Below, piece after piece: positions 10,501 to 20,871 of a DNA stretch of 64,000 nt (its first letter is position 1; every line of letters starts with the position of its first letter). Where the stretch lies: positions 24,098-88,097 of IMG/VR virus record IMGVR_UViG_3300042301_002363; one strand, given 5' to 3'. The translations under genes were made by a program, and so were the position numbers. The notes beneath the pieces are model-generated. The model saw nothing but the letters and a program-made list of their open reading frames with translations, was not told where the DNA came from and ran no database searches. Source of the DNA: a virus.

Positions 10501-13122
10501 GCGCTCAGAAGCACGCGTTGCTTTCATAGCGTTAAGTGCTACAATACGAATTGCTTCTTCTTGAGCATTATGCATTATGATTGCAGTCATTTGTTCTTTG
10601 GATCCTTTTTCATACATTAAAGGATCTGGTATATTGCGCACCTTTCTGCGTATACCATCAACAGTGTCAGAATATTTTTTAACGTCTTTGGCCATTGCCT
10701 CAGTCATCTCAGCAGCAGAATTATATTTTGTGTCTGAAAGTTTAATTCCAAACGCAGCCTCAAACTCTTCATTACTCATAGTTTTACCCATTTCACGAAG
10801 TGCTTGTTGGAATGTAAGGATAGTACCAGAACGATTAGCTGCAAGCGCAGCACCAAGTACTGAATTATCCTGAGCATTTTGCCATTCATACTGATGACCT
10901 TTTGCTGCTGCTTCTGTTTGTGCTAAAGTTGAATCAACTTGGTTTGTAAAGTTTACAACATTATCTTCAAATTTCTTACCTGACATCTGAGCCATGACAT
11001 CATTTTGTAAATTGATATCACGTTTCAATTGCTCACGCATTTTTACATATGGATTTTCAGCAGGATTATCTTTGTACGCTCTTTCTGTTGCTTTTTCATT
11101 TATGTAACTTGTCATTTTGCCAACAGTGTGAGTAACAGGTCGTATCATAGATCCTGTTAATGCACCTTGTAAAAATGTTCTAAGTCCTTGTTTTGTAAAC
11201 TGCTCATCTAGACCTTTATTAAAAGCTTCGCCCAATGTGTATTTAGTACCATTGTACTGTCCAGCATAATAGTATTTCCAACCAGCTCCAGACATTTCTT
11301 GAAGGTTCTCTTGAATACCTTCAGTAACCTCAAACCTAAGCAAGTCCTTAGCAAAAGCTTTACCTACTTCAAATGCTGCTTGCTTTCTTCCAAAATCTTT
11401 AGCAATCTTTCCTGCTAAACCATACGTACCAAAGAAACCTTTTTCATAAGTCTTGCCAAGAAGCTTAGTTGATTTCCACATTTTATTTACACCAAGTGTT
11501 TTTTCAACACCTTCTTCTAAAATTTCTTTTGTCCATTTATTTGCTCCAATAAAGCGATTGAATAAAGTACCAAATTGCAATCTGTTTGTGACTAGTAACA
11601 GGTTAAGATTTGTATTATAATTTGCACTTGCTGATCTCATTGCAAGATCTTGCATTTTAGTAAAGTCTTCAGCAGATGGATTTTTACCTTCATTATCAGA
11701 ACGATACTGTTCAACCATCATATCTAATGTTGAACCATAAGATGTAACAGCCTCAAAGTTTGCTTCTGTAGAAGACATGTTAAACTCTTGAGCCATACGT
11801 CTCACACCTTGTAATCCAATTCCTGTAAGCTTGCCTGCACTTAATCCACCTTTAGCACCTGCTACAACCTTTTCACCATAGCGTATTCCTGTACCTAGTA
11901 TAGGCGTACCTTTTGCAAAATTAGCAGCAAGTTCTCCAAATGATTTAGATTTGATAATGTTACGCATGTTTAGTGTGTAAATATCAAATACTTCTTTCAT
12001 TGATGAACGTAATGCTTCAGATCCCACCTTACCAGCATTGGTTATATTTTTTGCTTGATTAGCTTTCTGAGTAACCTTACCAGCTGCTGATAATGCGTCA
12101 GTAGATTGGTTAGCAAATTGATATGCCCCCTTACCCATATCAGCAACAAAATCAGTAAATCTAAAAGCAGTAGATTTTAAAGTTTGCCTTAAACCAGTTT
12201 TTGCTCCTGCCATTGCTGCTTCTTTAGCACCAACACGTGCAGCTGTTGCACCAAAAGATACAGCACCACCACCGCCAGTTACAGCTGTTAGCACTGCATC
12301 AGCAACAAGTTCCAATCCTAATCCTGCAAATGTACCTAATGCAAAACCAGCATTACCTACAAACTCAGATACTGAACGTTTACTAAATATATCATCTTCT
12401 TCTTCTGGTGGTACAAACGTATAGTTACGCATTGATTCTTTGTACTCTTCAAAATTGGCATCTATCATTTCACCCTCAGTATACTTGAGTTTGTCCCAGT
12501 CCCAATTCCAAATTGCTTCACCTATCCTTCCATAGGATGCAAAGTAATCTGTAAAAGTATTACCAAATCTTGTGGCAAAACTGTCAAAGCCTTTGCCTAA
12601 TGCGGATCCCCAAGTTTCTGCTTCAATATAACCCTTCTGCTTTTCAGGATTGAAGTAGTTAAACCCTTGAGGATCAAAGTCATCTTGATATCTAAACATA
12701 TCAATATCCTGTCCTGCATACCTTGTCTTAGGTCCTACAATAGGATTGATCTTTTCACTTAAAGTTTTTGGTTGAAATCTTTCTACAAATATCTCATTAG
12801 CATTTGAATCAATTACTTGATTCATTGCACTCATAAAATCACTTGGCTGAGGTGTTGGCTGTGTTGATATATTTGGTTTTGCAGGAGCAGAAGGTTGTCC
12901 AAAATTATTTGCACCATCTCCTGGTCCAGGAGCTACAATGTTATTAATATTAAAGGATGGCGCAGATGCTTCAGACGTAGCTTGTATTTCTGCTGCGCCC
13001 ATATCTAATGCATCTTCTACTGATAAGTTTTGTGACAAACTTGTTTCAGCACCCATGCTTGCTTCAGCATTAGCAGCCATTTCTGCTAATTGCTGTGTTC
13101 CCATTTCTAGTTCCTCTGCCAT
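7543..13122 (-). CDS. Large virion cargo/ejection protein (1859 aa)
   Basis: Long ORF with Gly/Ala-rich hydrophobic segments (AGFALGTFAGLGLELVADAVLTAVTGGGGAVSFGA), an EGIQENLQE motif, coiled-coil and acidic regions; directly upstream of the RNAP-like gene as in crAss-like phages. Confidence 0.7.
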   Translation of the reverse strand: MAEELEMGTQQLAEMAANAEASMGAETSLSQNLSVEDALDMGAAEIQATSEASAPSFNINNIVAPGPGDGANNFGQPSAPAKPNISTQPTPQPSDFMSAMNQVIDSNANEIFVERFQPKTLSEKINPIVGPKTRYAGQDIDMFRYQDDFDPQGFNYFNPEKQKGYIEAETWGSALGKGFDSFATRFGNTFTDYFASYGRIGEAIWNWDWDKLKYTEGEMIDANFEEYKESMRNYTFVPPEEEDDIFSKRSVSEFVGNAGFALGTFAGLGLELVADAVLTAVTGGGGAVSFGATAARVGAKEAAMAGAKTGLRQTLKSTAFRFTDFVADMGKGAYQFANQSTDALSAAGKVTQKANQAKNITNAGKVGSEALRSSMKEVFDIYTLNMRNIIKSKSFGELAANFAKGTPILGTGIRYGEKVVAGAKGGLSAGKLTGIGLQGVRRMAQEFNMSSTEANFEAVTSYGSTLDMMVEQYRSDNEGKNPSAEDFTKMQDLAMRSASANYNTNLNLLLVTNRLQFGTLFNRFIGANKWTKEILEEGVEKTLGVNKMWKSTKLLGKTYEKGFFGTYGLAGKIAKDFGRKQAAFEVGKAFAKDLLRFEVTEGIQENLQEMSGAGWKYYYAGQYNGTKYTLGEAFNKGLDEQFTKQGLRTFLQGALTGSMIRPVTHTVGKMTSYINEKATERAYKDNPAENPYVKMREQLKRDINLQNDVMAQMSGKKFEDNVVNFTNQVDSTLAQTEAAAKGHQYEWQNAQDNSVLGAALAANRSGTILTFQQALREMGKTMSNEEFEAAFGIKLSDTKYNSAAEMTEAMAKDVKKYSDTVDGIRRKVRNIPDPLMYEKGSKEQMTAIIMHNAQEEAIRIVALNAMKATRASERAQKVSQDLLAIPGMSNSSEYALRVLANPENFKAESGNMLADIKLLEESLESTEMTPAQKEQVQAKIKDKKRLLELYDKWMEFWDDRDTIAMRQDSETGEVVEQKEKIYNTFVGVPINSIKYYDENGNLIDENTTVYSLDHKDIAETFREFINLRNKEFGISDKLSEQSLRDALDKVVDFMRLDQDSKDYTQAMDLLFNPEYYRQTLTNIQDGRFKYEILEFVDNLNNRLRDIILSVATNSDLEDVVEKLQLAAKLYEELSTAVTSSDYYKNLVLVSIDENTGLQNAKFAQENIKKLNDLISDKIAEMLDSYATQDVTGDINDMQYEEFQKTKKVPRYTLALIARRIAQKVQLTDRQSEVYNANKDEVDSIVSTLNFDENANGGVEDGSKVTLAKEALVNSGEFEMAQLDAMPENEVLNLAMERNLITNDDVIEHFNNTPIEVISDTVYENFKQNQQVDDITLESIARRDLEGIDLTPREVEIMTAKAAEISDIQSIIEDERLRSEEENAPVQEAQEEEVPQVFEQPEGTLDETKDPLDNPVSQSTIDAADAAAQAQLEILEKLNGTGKDGTNKAENEQEPFVVEGDPEEGYDVVSRNGITLTDEKIESEDKANDLANELNNARTDIDWTRLHLGDLTAFEDPTYKVDQMVRRGQISLRAYNKANETTIQTLEEYYKIPQGKRNLDDIKESILTGVPLDKIKQKRKKAARQEQEQLNLFEDTTSGFVGGPALPMQSVQDLFDRLESMSAQTSAVDVVLNLNVESTTKNGNERLINDDTSIKMGDESQELNKLKRYGKTNYYINNGVLGVIIEGKDLFGRDGGSTKVNVKVPEGFDETVFAKLVAEIKYPNSTTPAETERVLNEIRDAIQKSITTNKPVIDKRTQSRIESLEFVINDYETAIIPDYQQERKDLVSQRNLASNPALVEKLNTLIAEYDDAIEKATQTVEDTRRELAKISEKIGKFVKEDTVSEESILDQLRKINSCFK

Positions 13123-13124
13123 TA

Positions 13125-15800
13125 TTATTCTATTGTAGGATATTGTAATAAATCTTGCGTACTAAACTGTTCTTCCCAAATTGACGTTGCGTTTTGGAAG
13201 TTGGTCCATGTTGTATTAACCATTTCAGATATTTGCATAAACTGAGAAGGATCATTTGGATCAACTTGAAAGAATCTACTTGTACCTTCTTTTACACCTT
13301 TCTGTGGATTTAACATTGTAAAGTCAATATTTACACCATACTGTCCATTATTATTTCTTACGCCTGCTGCAGTAAAATCAAACCCAGTTGCTGTCATACT
13401 TGCTGGAGCTTGAACTCTTGCCATTGGATTTCTAGAAAAGTCTTCCATGATACCATAAGAATCAGCAACAATAGAGTTATTAGGAAGATAATTTTTAAAA
13501 CGTGTTAGTGGACTATTCTGTATATATGAGTATGGTAATTTTACACGTATTGTTTCACCTGCTTGCAGTTTCATAGATTTTGCTTCACCGCTATCTGGAT
13601 TAACTTTTAAATCTACATAAACACTTTTACCACCAGGATCAAAACTTGCCAAGAAACTTTCACCAAATAATTTTACTTGACTAGCATAAGGCAAATTACC
13701 AATAAGTGATGGATCAATCTTTTCACCATTTGATCTTGTAATAACAATGTTTTTATCTGCTTTATTAAAAAACTGATACAACTCTTCTGGTTGAGGTTTG
13801 GTCATGCTATATGTTGAACCTATAGGATTTGCACGACTACTAAACTCAGAACCAACAACTGTGCTTAAATGTTTACGCTTTGCTTCTGACAAACCAGATA
13901 AGTCAAATATAGGAGTACCATCAGCAAGTCGCGATACAATTTTAGCACCTGCGTAATCTGATTTAACTTTTCCTGATCTAAAATCATATACTTTAGATGC
14001 TACTTCTCTATAACTTTTATCAAGTTCTTTTTGTTCTTGCAATATACCTTTCATTGATGTAATTGTACCTTCAAAGGATTGAGCATATTTTCTACCTTCA
14101 GACTGTTTACCATTATCTGAATACCATTGTAAAACTTCAGTTGCTTTATTATAAGTATTTGATGCAAGAGTTTGTATTAAAGCATTAGCACTTGACGCAT
14201 TATTGACCTCAATACCACGTCTGTAACCTACAAGACTTCCATATTCTTTTAATAATTGTGTATCTTGTGCAGTTAGTTTTGCGCCATTACCTTGAGCAAT
14301 TCCTTGAACTTTTGATAGCACTTGATAATATTTAGAATGGTCTCTATTTTTGCCAATAACCATATTCATTAAACCATTCTGTGCACCAAATGCATTATTA
14401 AATAGTTCAGTTTTATTTTTAGAATTTGCTGTTCCAAGAACGTCTACACCTGTACTACCTGTACCAACATAATCACCAACATAAGTTTCAGTAGGAAGTT
14501 TGCCTTCTGCTTTGAGTTTCATCATTTCAATCTCATTGGCATTTTGCATTTTCGCAATTTCCATTTGTTGGTTTTGTTGAAAATGTCTTTCGTTTTGTGC
14601 AAGAGTAGCAGCATGTCTTGCATTGGCTGCAGCTCTATCAAAATCAGCAATTACTTTTTGATCTGGCTTTACATCCACCTCAGCAGTAGCTTGAGCAGTA
14701 CTCACACCCCATACTGTAGCAGCGTTTTTCTTAGCTTGTCCAGAAAGTATTCCATACAAATTAGAGACAGTATAATTTTCAGGATCCTCTTCTATTTTTT
14801 TGATTTCGCCTTCTGATTGAGTTTTAGATGAATTTAAATCATAACGTAATTGCAAAAGTTTTTCATACTTTTGAAGCACATCTGCTCTACCAGATGGAAT
14901 ACCTTGAGGATACAAATCTTTTATTGTCTGAATTTGTTGTTCAACACTTGTTAAATTGGTAGCAGTTTCTTCAACGTCAACCTGCTGAGACTTCATGTAA
15001 TCAGCAGACAAACTTTTTGCAACTTGTTGCGTAGCTTGCTCTCTTGATACTCCTTGACTTATTAAGTCACGTATTTGATTTTCAGCTGTCACACGTCCAA
15101 TAACTCCAAACTGTCTATCAAAACGATTACCCATAGTCATTGCAGCCCAGTTACTAAAAGGAACTTCAGCATACTTACCATTGGTATATGTCATTATATA
15201 TCCTTTTCCATCAGGATTAGCAAACTTTACTTGAAGTTTTGCTTCTTTTGCTGCACCTGATAAATATTCATTGATATCTTCAAATGGTGTAAAGTCACGT
15301 GGTTGTACAGATGTTATAGATCCATCGCCACGTTTTGCCTGACGCAAGTCATCTTCAGCAAACATCAAGTCAAGTTTTGCATAGTCACTATATTGAGCGC
15401 GCACTTTTGCGTCAGTACTATTTTTATAACTATCCATTAATGCTTTTTGATTACCCTCATACTTAGTAAAGTACATATCATACGCAATCTCTTTGTCATC
15501 TGTAATTGGATCCAACAATGATTGTGCACGCATAACATTTGATGGATCAGATAAATCTAATGCAGAAACATTACGAAGACTTCCTTGAATTTTTTCAAAC
15601 ATGTCTTGTCTAAATTTCTGATTGTCACCATTTGTCAGTGGACTATTTAATACAGAATTGTATAAACTCTTAACTTGATTAAATCCTTTATCAAAACGTG
15701 CTTGAGTCACACCATAAACCTGAGATAAAAAAGACCAATCAGGAGACCATGGTTTTATCTCTGCTATTGGGTTTGCATCACCTGGAACAAAATTTGCCAT
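13125..15800 (-). CDS. Virion cargo/ejection protein (891 aa)
   Basis: Long ORF tightly packed in the cargo cluster, helical N-terminal half; function inferred from position. Confidence 0.6.
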   Translation of the reverse strand: MANFVPGDANPIAEIKPWSPDWSFLSQVYGVTQARFDKGFNQVKSLYNSVLNSPLTNGDNQKFRQDMFEKIQGSLRNVSALDLSDPSNVMRAQSLLDPITDDKEIAYDMYFTKYEGNQKALMDSYKNSTDAKVRAQYSDYAKLDLMFAEDDLRQAKRGDGSITSVQPRDFTPFEDINEYLSGAAKEAKLQVKFANPDGKGYIMTYTNGKYAEVPFSNWAAMTMGNRFDRQFGVIGRVTAENQIRDLISQGVSREQATQQVAKSLSADYMKSQQVDVEETATNLTSVEQQIQTIKDLYPQGIPSGRADVLQKYEKLLQLRYDLNSSKTQSEGEIKKIEEDPENYTVSNLYGILSGQAKKNAATVWGVSTAQATAEVDVKPDQKVIADFDRAAANARHAATLAQNERHFQQNQQMEIAKMQNANEIEMMKLKAEGKLPTETYVGDYVGTGSTGVDVLGTANSKNKTELFNNAFGAQNGLMNMVIGKNRDHSKYYQVLSKVQGIAQGNGAKLTAQDTQLLKEYGSLVGYRRGIEVNNASSANALIQTLASNTYNKATEVLQWYSDNGKQSEGRKYAQSFEGTITSMKGILQEQKELDKSYREVASKVYDFRSGKVKSDYAGAKIVSRLADGTPIFDLSGLSEAKRKHLSTVVGSEFSSRANPIGSTYSMTKPQPEELYQFFNKADKNIVITRSNGEKIDPSLIGNLPYASQVKLFGESFLASFDPGGKSVYVDLKVNPDSGEAKSMKLQAGETIRVKLPYSYIQNSPLTRFKNYLPNNSIVADSYGIMEDFSRNPMARVQAPASMTATGFDFTAAGVRNNNGQYGVNIDFTMLNPQKGVKEGTSRFFQVDPNDPSQFMQISEMVNTTWTNFQNATSIWEEQFSTQDLLQYPTIE

Positions 15801-15810
15801 AACCTTTTAA

Positions 15811-18800
15811 TTAATAATTATCATCAAAAAACATACCTCCAAATTCCATAGCGCCTGGTGCTGTATACATTGTTCCCCCAAACCTTTGAATAAAGTTTTG
15901 ACCGTACATTTGTTGTTGTGTTTTTGTTTGTGCATTTGCTTTATTTAAATTCTGAGAAATACAAGCCTTTTGCATATTAGACGCATACTCTTCTTTAGCA
16001 TCTTGATCCATTGTTGTATCATTTTTAACTTGGGCCATTGCATCAGAATATGCTTTTGAACAATCTGCTTGTGTTGCTGCTGCACCTGAAGAGACTGAGG
16101 TATCAACAGATGATAATGGATCTTTACCATAACCTGACCATGCAAATGTAGGTTGAAGACGTTGTGCATGCCATGCATTTGGATACATAACTCTTAAAGC
16201 ATTATCTTTTTGTACATTGCCAAATCCTTGACCAAAAAGCATTGCACCTTGTGCATCTTTCTTATTACGTTGTGCAGCTAATTCCTCTTGATATGTTGCA
16301 CCTTCTGTATCAAACTTACCACGTAATAATGTGTTTTTGTAATCAACATCAGTATTAAGTTGACCAATTGTTTGAAGATATGGATTAACAATCTTAGTTG
16401 TGTTGCCTTCTTCAACATCAGCAATGTCTCTTGACAATTGTTCATACCCTTGATTTGCACCTGCAGCAAATGCTGTTTGTGCATCCATAGTATTCATTGC
16501 CAAATCCTGACTTTGTTTTACCAATCCTGTAGTACCAGCAATTCTAGTAATAGGATTAATTGTATCATATCCACTATAGGCAGCATTCATCTGTCTTAAC
16601 ACAGGTGGTGTGTTAGGAATTATTTGACGCTCATTAGCCATATAGTTTACAATGTCTGGAGCAAACCATGTTTGAGGCTGAGGTATACCACCTGGAGGTT
16701 TTTTAGGTGGTGGAGGTGTGCCACAATTTTTAGTTGCGTCATCAGCAGTTTCATACTGAGTAGCTTTAGTAACAGTTTTACCATTCACCTCACCACTTGG
16801 CGCAACAGGTTGTTCACCTTCTTTGTAAGAAACTGTTTTAGTTTCTTTTGTACCATCAGAATACTCAACACAGTAATATGTGCTTTTTTCACCTGGAACT
16901 TCTGGTGGTGGCGGTGGTTTAAGGTTATAACCAAGTCTTTCCTCTAACGTTGTGTTAGTACTAAATCTATCAATACCAGATACTTTACCTTGAATGCCAA
17001 ATACAGTTTCATCAGCTACACCAGTTTGTTGATGACTAGCTAATCCTTGAAAGTCTGGGTTATTCATAAGAGCACGTCTATAAGAAATATATGTACCCTG
17101 TCCTAGTTCATTTTTAGAAAAATCAATATCACTAAGGTTTACCTTGCCATCTTTTGACTGATTATCTTTAATGATTTGTCTGGCTTCTGCGTTTACGTAA
17201 TTACCTTGATAGTCACCATGAGTAGCATCTGATTTTACAGCAACATTCTGGCCAGCTACAAAGTTAGGATCTGACCATGGACCTGTCCCTGATGTTCTAT
17301 CCCCATAACCAAACGCTGCCATTCTTGCATTGTTTTCTTCAAATTGCATCATTGTATTAATGATTGCTTCAGGATTTTGTGCAAGTGCTTTTACATCTGT
17401 GCCATATAAGTCTGAAAACTTCTTTCTTGTATCTTTTTCTTTACCAGTATACATTCGCAGTTCTGGATCTGCAACATCTGCTTGATACTGACCTACAATT
17501 GCATCTCTAAATTTACTATTTAATCGTATTTGATTATTTGCATTTTTAAAGTCAATGTATGCTTGTGTATTACCATTCCATCTTGAGTCAACTTCCTTTT
17601 TCTCAGAAGCATTAAGATTATCTGCTGTTATCCAATCATAAGAACTACGAGTTATTTCTGCACCTGCAGGAATAGATTCTTTAGTTGTATTGTTTCTTCT
17701 AAGAATAATATTACCAGTTGCTTGGTCTTCTAAAACCTGAACTTCAGTATCACCACTTTTACTTTTGTAAGTTAATGTATACGCATTCATTGGTTTACCA
17801 CCATTTCTATTTGGATCAGTTACAACTTTTACTTCACTCTTAACTGGATCTCCTGAACCTGATACTGTCCCAGCATTATTGTATTTAGGTAAAACAGAAC
17901 CTCCTCTGTCATAACGCAGTTTACCATTTTCATTAATAAGACCACCATACTTAAAGACTTTATCTCCAATGGTTATATTAGAACCAAGTGTTGGCATTGT
18001 ACCACCAAATTTCATACCCCCAGAAGATCCAAAAATATTATCAAGATCCTGATCTGTAAATCCACCTTCATATTTTGGTTTTGAAGGTGCTGGTTGTGAT
18101 TGTTTTCCTACTGGAGTTACAGTGCCAGGTTTTTGTTCTGTATTCTTTTTTACAGGAATTACAGTTTGTGGATTAATTTTATTTTCTTGCTCTAGCATTT
18201 GAATAGCATCCATTGGTGCTTTGGCTGCAGGAAGTGCAACTTTCTTACCTTCTTTTGTAGAAGCTGCTACATTCAATGCGTCAACCCAAACTTGGTTTGA
18301 TACTTCTAATTGAGCACCATCTTGTGTTTCTTCAAACCAAACCATTTGACCATCAATATTTTTACCCATTGTAAATATTGAGTTTGGCGCAGCTTTAAGT
18401 TTATATGGTTGAGCATAACCTTTTGAATCTTTTGCACTGTTAGATGGATTTTGTACTTGACTTATTGCTCTAACATTGTCAGCTATTTCTGGTGCATTAT
18501 AATTTAAAAAACCTTGTCTTTCATTTGTATGTGTCAACCCTTTATTACCCAAAGGTGCAATTGTTGCAACAGTAGTACCTTTTATTTTGTCATGACCTTT
18601 TGTAATTTCATCATATATTTCAAAATAAGTTTTGTATCTAGGTCCACCAAACCATGAATCAGTTCCCTCAACAACATCATTTTGATCAAGATTCATTCCT
18701 AGTATTTCTGTTTCGTTAAACAAAAAGTCAGTAGGATAACCATAACGATACATTACCTCCTCATCTTGAATTACGTTTCCTATACCTGGTCCAGGTAGCC

Positions 18801-20769
18801 AACTGTTTTCTGCTTCAAACTTTGAAGAGTTTACATTTTTTTTCCAACTTTTATGACCTGGGCTTTCTAAGTATTCCTTATAGCGTTTGTATTTAGCAGA
18901 AAGATCAGCATACTGTTTTTTAGTTTTTACATCTACTGCTTCTCTAGCTTTTTTATCAAAATCAGCTATCAAATCATCTGCTTTTGACAGCATTGTTTCT
19001 GTTTGATAATACTTTTGTATTTTAGTTTTTTCCTTTTCATTTAAAATTTTATAAGCTTGCTCATACAATATGTCATACATATCATCAACCTTATCTTGAT
19101 CTGTAAAAGGCAACCAACCTAAACTCCAATCTACATCAATGTTTTTTATATCATCAGCTGCAGCTATCATTTGCTGAGGGTCATTTGACAAAAGTGCTTT
19201 GTAAAATGTATCCCCTGCTACAAATTGACCTGAACCAGAGTTCATATATTCTTTAAGAGCATCTTTGCTACCAAATCCTGGGATAGTATTTCCTAATGCT
19301 TTTTCTTTTTGATACTTATCAGCATAACTTTCAAAACCTTCTGCTTTAGCTTCCTCTTCTCTTTTTGCTTTTGCTTTTTGCTCACTTGAAAGTGTGCCAT
19401 ACTTTTTATCTGTGTCATACACAAGATCCTCTTCTGCTTGACGTTCATCTGTAAACTTGCCAGTAGCAGGATCTAATCCCAAAAAGTATTTATTAAGATC
19501 TTTCAGTAACGCTTGTTCTTCAGTTGTTGCATTGCCTTCTAATACCTTTTTTGTGAGTGTACCTGCTTGGCTTGCTTTTTCGTAGTAACCTTCTTTTTTG
19601 CGTTTTTCTTCAATAAGTCTTGTTTGTTCTGCTTTTGACTTTTCATATGCAGTAGGACCATTGTCAATTATCTTAAAAGATTTGTCAAAAAGTTCTTGAG
19701 CTTTTTGATCTGCTGCAGTAGGTTTTTTCTTAGGCGCTGCTGTTACTGGTGGAGATTGCCATTGTTGAGCATTACTTTGAAATGCTTCGTATGGTATATT
19801 ATAAATTTGTTTTACATTTTTAAAAGTAGGAGTGACACATTCTCCAATAGATGAATTATAAACATAACCAGGTTTACATGCAGCTGGTGCATAACTATTA
19901 CCATAAACAGTTCTGTTTAACATGTCAAACCATGATTCACCACCTTCAGGAAATTTAGGTTTCATACTTCCACCATATCTTCCTTGCATTTGATTAGCAA
20001 TATCTTCAGGTGCTACAGCAGGACCTTCAGGTAACATACCTTGCATTGCATCCTCATCTTCTGACATAGGTATTCCCTGTCCTTCCATTGGAGGCATCAT
20101 TCCTTGTTGTGGCATTCCCATACCTTGCTGAGGTTCCTGTGGCGCAAACTGTTGTGCCATTTGATTAGGGTCAATACCCATTGTGGAAAGAACCTCTTCA
20201 GCAATAGCAGGAATTCCATCAGGAAATCCTTTCATTGATTCTTGAATGAAAGCAAGTAAACCAAGTTTCTGTTTGTTCTTTTTAAGCATTTCAGCTGCAG
20301 AACGTTTTGCTAATGGATCTGAAGTTTCATCTTTTAAAATCTCAACATACATGTTGATATCATATTTCCTAGAAATTTCAGCAGGTGTGTATCCTTGTTT
20401 TCTTGGAGGAAGATTAAATATTTTTTCAATTACTTCTGGATCTTTTATTGTAAGATTCTTTGTGTCTGAGTAAATAAATGAACCTTCAGGTATATTGACA
20501 GGTACGCCACCTTCAGTATGTCTTTTTCCTTTAAAGTGCATAAGCTCCATAGTGCCATCTTTATTGACATCGCCAATAACAGATTCACCACCTTCAACTT
20601 CTATATTTGCTTGATCTCTTGGAATAGCACCCATTGTATCATTTACAGAAACAGATTCAGGAGACGTTTGCATTCCTCTTGAATTTCTAACAAGACCATA
20701 TCCATCTTGTTGTCCTGTGCTTTTATATGTTCCACCTTCTGGAGATGTTTTTATGCGTACCTTAAACAT
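15811..20769 (-). CDS. Virion cargo protein (1652 aa) with crAss-type N-terminal domain and GG-motif repeats
   Basis: N-terminal ANIEVEGGE...GKRHTEGGV...FIYSD block resembles conserved crAss-like cargo proteins; multiple YGG/FGG motifs and Q/M/P-rich linkers. Confidence 0.65.
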   Translation of the reverse strand: MFKVRIKTSPEGGTYKSTGQQDGYGLVRNSRGMQTSPESVSVNDTMGAIPRDQANIEVEGGESVIGDVNKDGTMELMHFKGKRHTEGGVPVNIPEGSFIYSDTKNLTIKDPEVIEKIFNLPPRKQGYTPAEISRKYDINMYVEILKDETSDPLAKRSAAEMLKKNKQKLGLLAFIQESMKGFPDGIPAIAEEVLSTMGIDPNQMAQQFAPQEPQQGMGMPQQGMMPPMEGQGIPMSEDEDAMQGMLPEGPAVAPEDIANQMQGRYGGSMKPKFPEGGESWFDMLNRTVYGNSYAPAACKPGYVYNSSIGECVTPTFKNVKQIYNIPYEAFQSNAQQWQSPPVTAAPKKKPTAADQKAQELFDKSFKIIDNGPTAYEKSKAEQTRLIEEKRKKEGYYEKASQAGTLTKKVLEGNATTEEQALLKDLNKYFLGLDPATGKFTDERQAEEDLVYDTDKKYGTLSSEQKAKAKREEEAKAEGFESYADKYQKEKALGNTIPGFGSKDALKEYMNSGSGQFVAGDTFYKALLSNDPQQMIAAADDIKNIDVDWSLGWLPFTDQDKVDDMYDILYEQAYKILNEKEKTKIQKYYQTETMLSKADDLIADFDKKAREAVDVKTKKQYADLSAKYKRYKEYLESPGHKSWKKNVNSSKFEAENSWLPGPGIGNVIQDEEVMYRYGYPTDFLFNETEILGMNLDQNDVVEGTDSWFGGPRYKTYFEIYDEITKGHDKIKGTTVATIAPLGNKGLTHTNERQGFLNYNAPEIADNVRAISQVQNPSNSAKDSKGYAQPYKLKAAPNSIFTMGKNIDGQMVWFEETQDGAQLEVSNQVWVDALNVAASTKEGKKVALPAAKAPMDAIQMLEQENKINPQTVIPVKKNTEQKPGTVTPVGKQSQPAPSKPKYEGGFTDQDLDNIFGSSGGMKFGGTMPTLGSNITIGDKVFKYGGLINENGKLRYDRGGSVLPKYNNAGTVSGSGDPVKSEVKVVTDPNRNGGKPMNAYTLTYKSKSGDTEVQVLEDQATGNIILRRNNTTKESIPAGAEITRSSYDWITADNLNASEKKEVDSRWNGNTQAYIDFKNANNQIRLNSKFRDAIVGQYQADVADPELRMYTGKEKDTRKKFSDLYGTDVKALAQNPEAIINTMMQFEENNARMAAFGYGDRTSGTGPWSDPNFVAGQNVAVKSDATHGDYQGNYVNAEARQIIKDNQSKDGKVNLSDIDFSKNELGQGTYISYRRALMNNPDFQGLASHQQTGVADETVFGIQGKVSGIDRFSTNTTLEERLGYNLKPPPPPEVPGEKSTYYCVEYSDGTKETKTVSYKEGEQPVAPSGEVNGKTVTKATQYETADDATKNCGTPPPPKKPPGGIPQPQTWFAPDIVNYMANERQIIPNTPPVLRQMNAAYSGYDTINPITRIAGTTGLVKQSQDLAMNTMDAQTAFAAGANQGYEQLSRDIADVEEGNTTKIVNPYLQTIGQLNTDVDYKNTLLRGKFDTEGATYQEELAAQRNKKDAQGAMLFGQGFGNVQKDNALRVMYPNAWHAQRLQPTFAWSGYGKDPLSSVDTSVSSGAAATQADCSKAYSDAMAQVKNDTTMDQDAKEEYASNMQKACISQNLNKANAQTKTQQQMYGQNFIQRFGGTMYTAPGAMEFGGMFFDDNY

Positions 20770-20782
20770 ATTTTAAAATTTT

Positions 20783-20810
20783 AAAAAGGGATATGTCTTA
20801 CCACATCCCT
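20783..20810 (-). terminator. Intrinsic terminator-like hairpin
   Basis: Minus strand AGGGATGTG-gtaaga-CATATCCCT followed by TTTT, between the 906-aa and 1652-aa genes. Confidence 0.5.
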
Positions 20811-20828
20811 CATTAGAAGTTACAAAAT
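20808..20828 (-). promoter_or_regulatory. Conserved late-region upstream motif, copy 1
   Basis: Minus strand ATTTTG-TAACTT-C-TAATGAGG; related copies at 38658, 45360 and 52589. Confidence 0.5.
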
Positions 20829-20857
20829 TATTCTGATTTATCCTATCCTCCATAATA

Positions 20858-20865
20858 CAAATGTA
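20858..20865 (-). promoter_or_regulatory. Bacteroidota sigma70 -7 element
   Basis: TACATTTG on the minus strand matches TAnnTTTG, in an intergenic gap. Confidence 0.45.
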
Positions 20866-20871
20866 GGAATT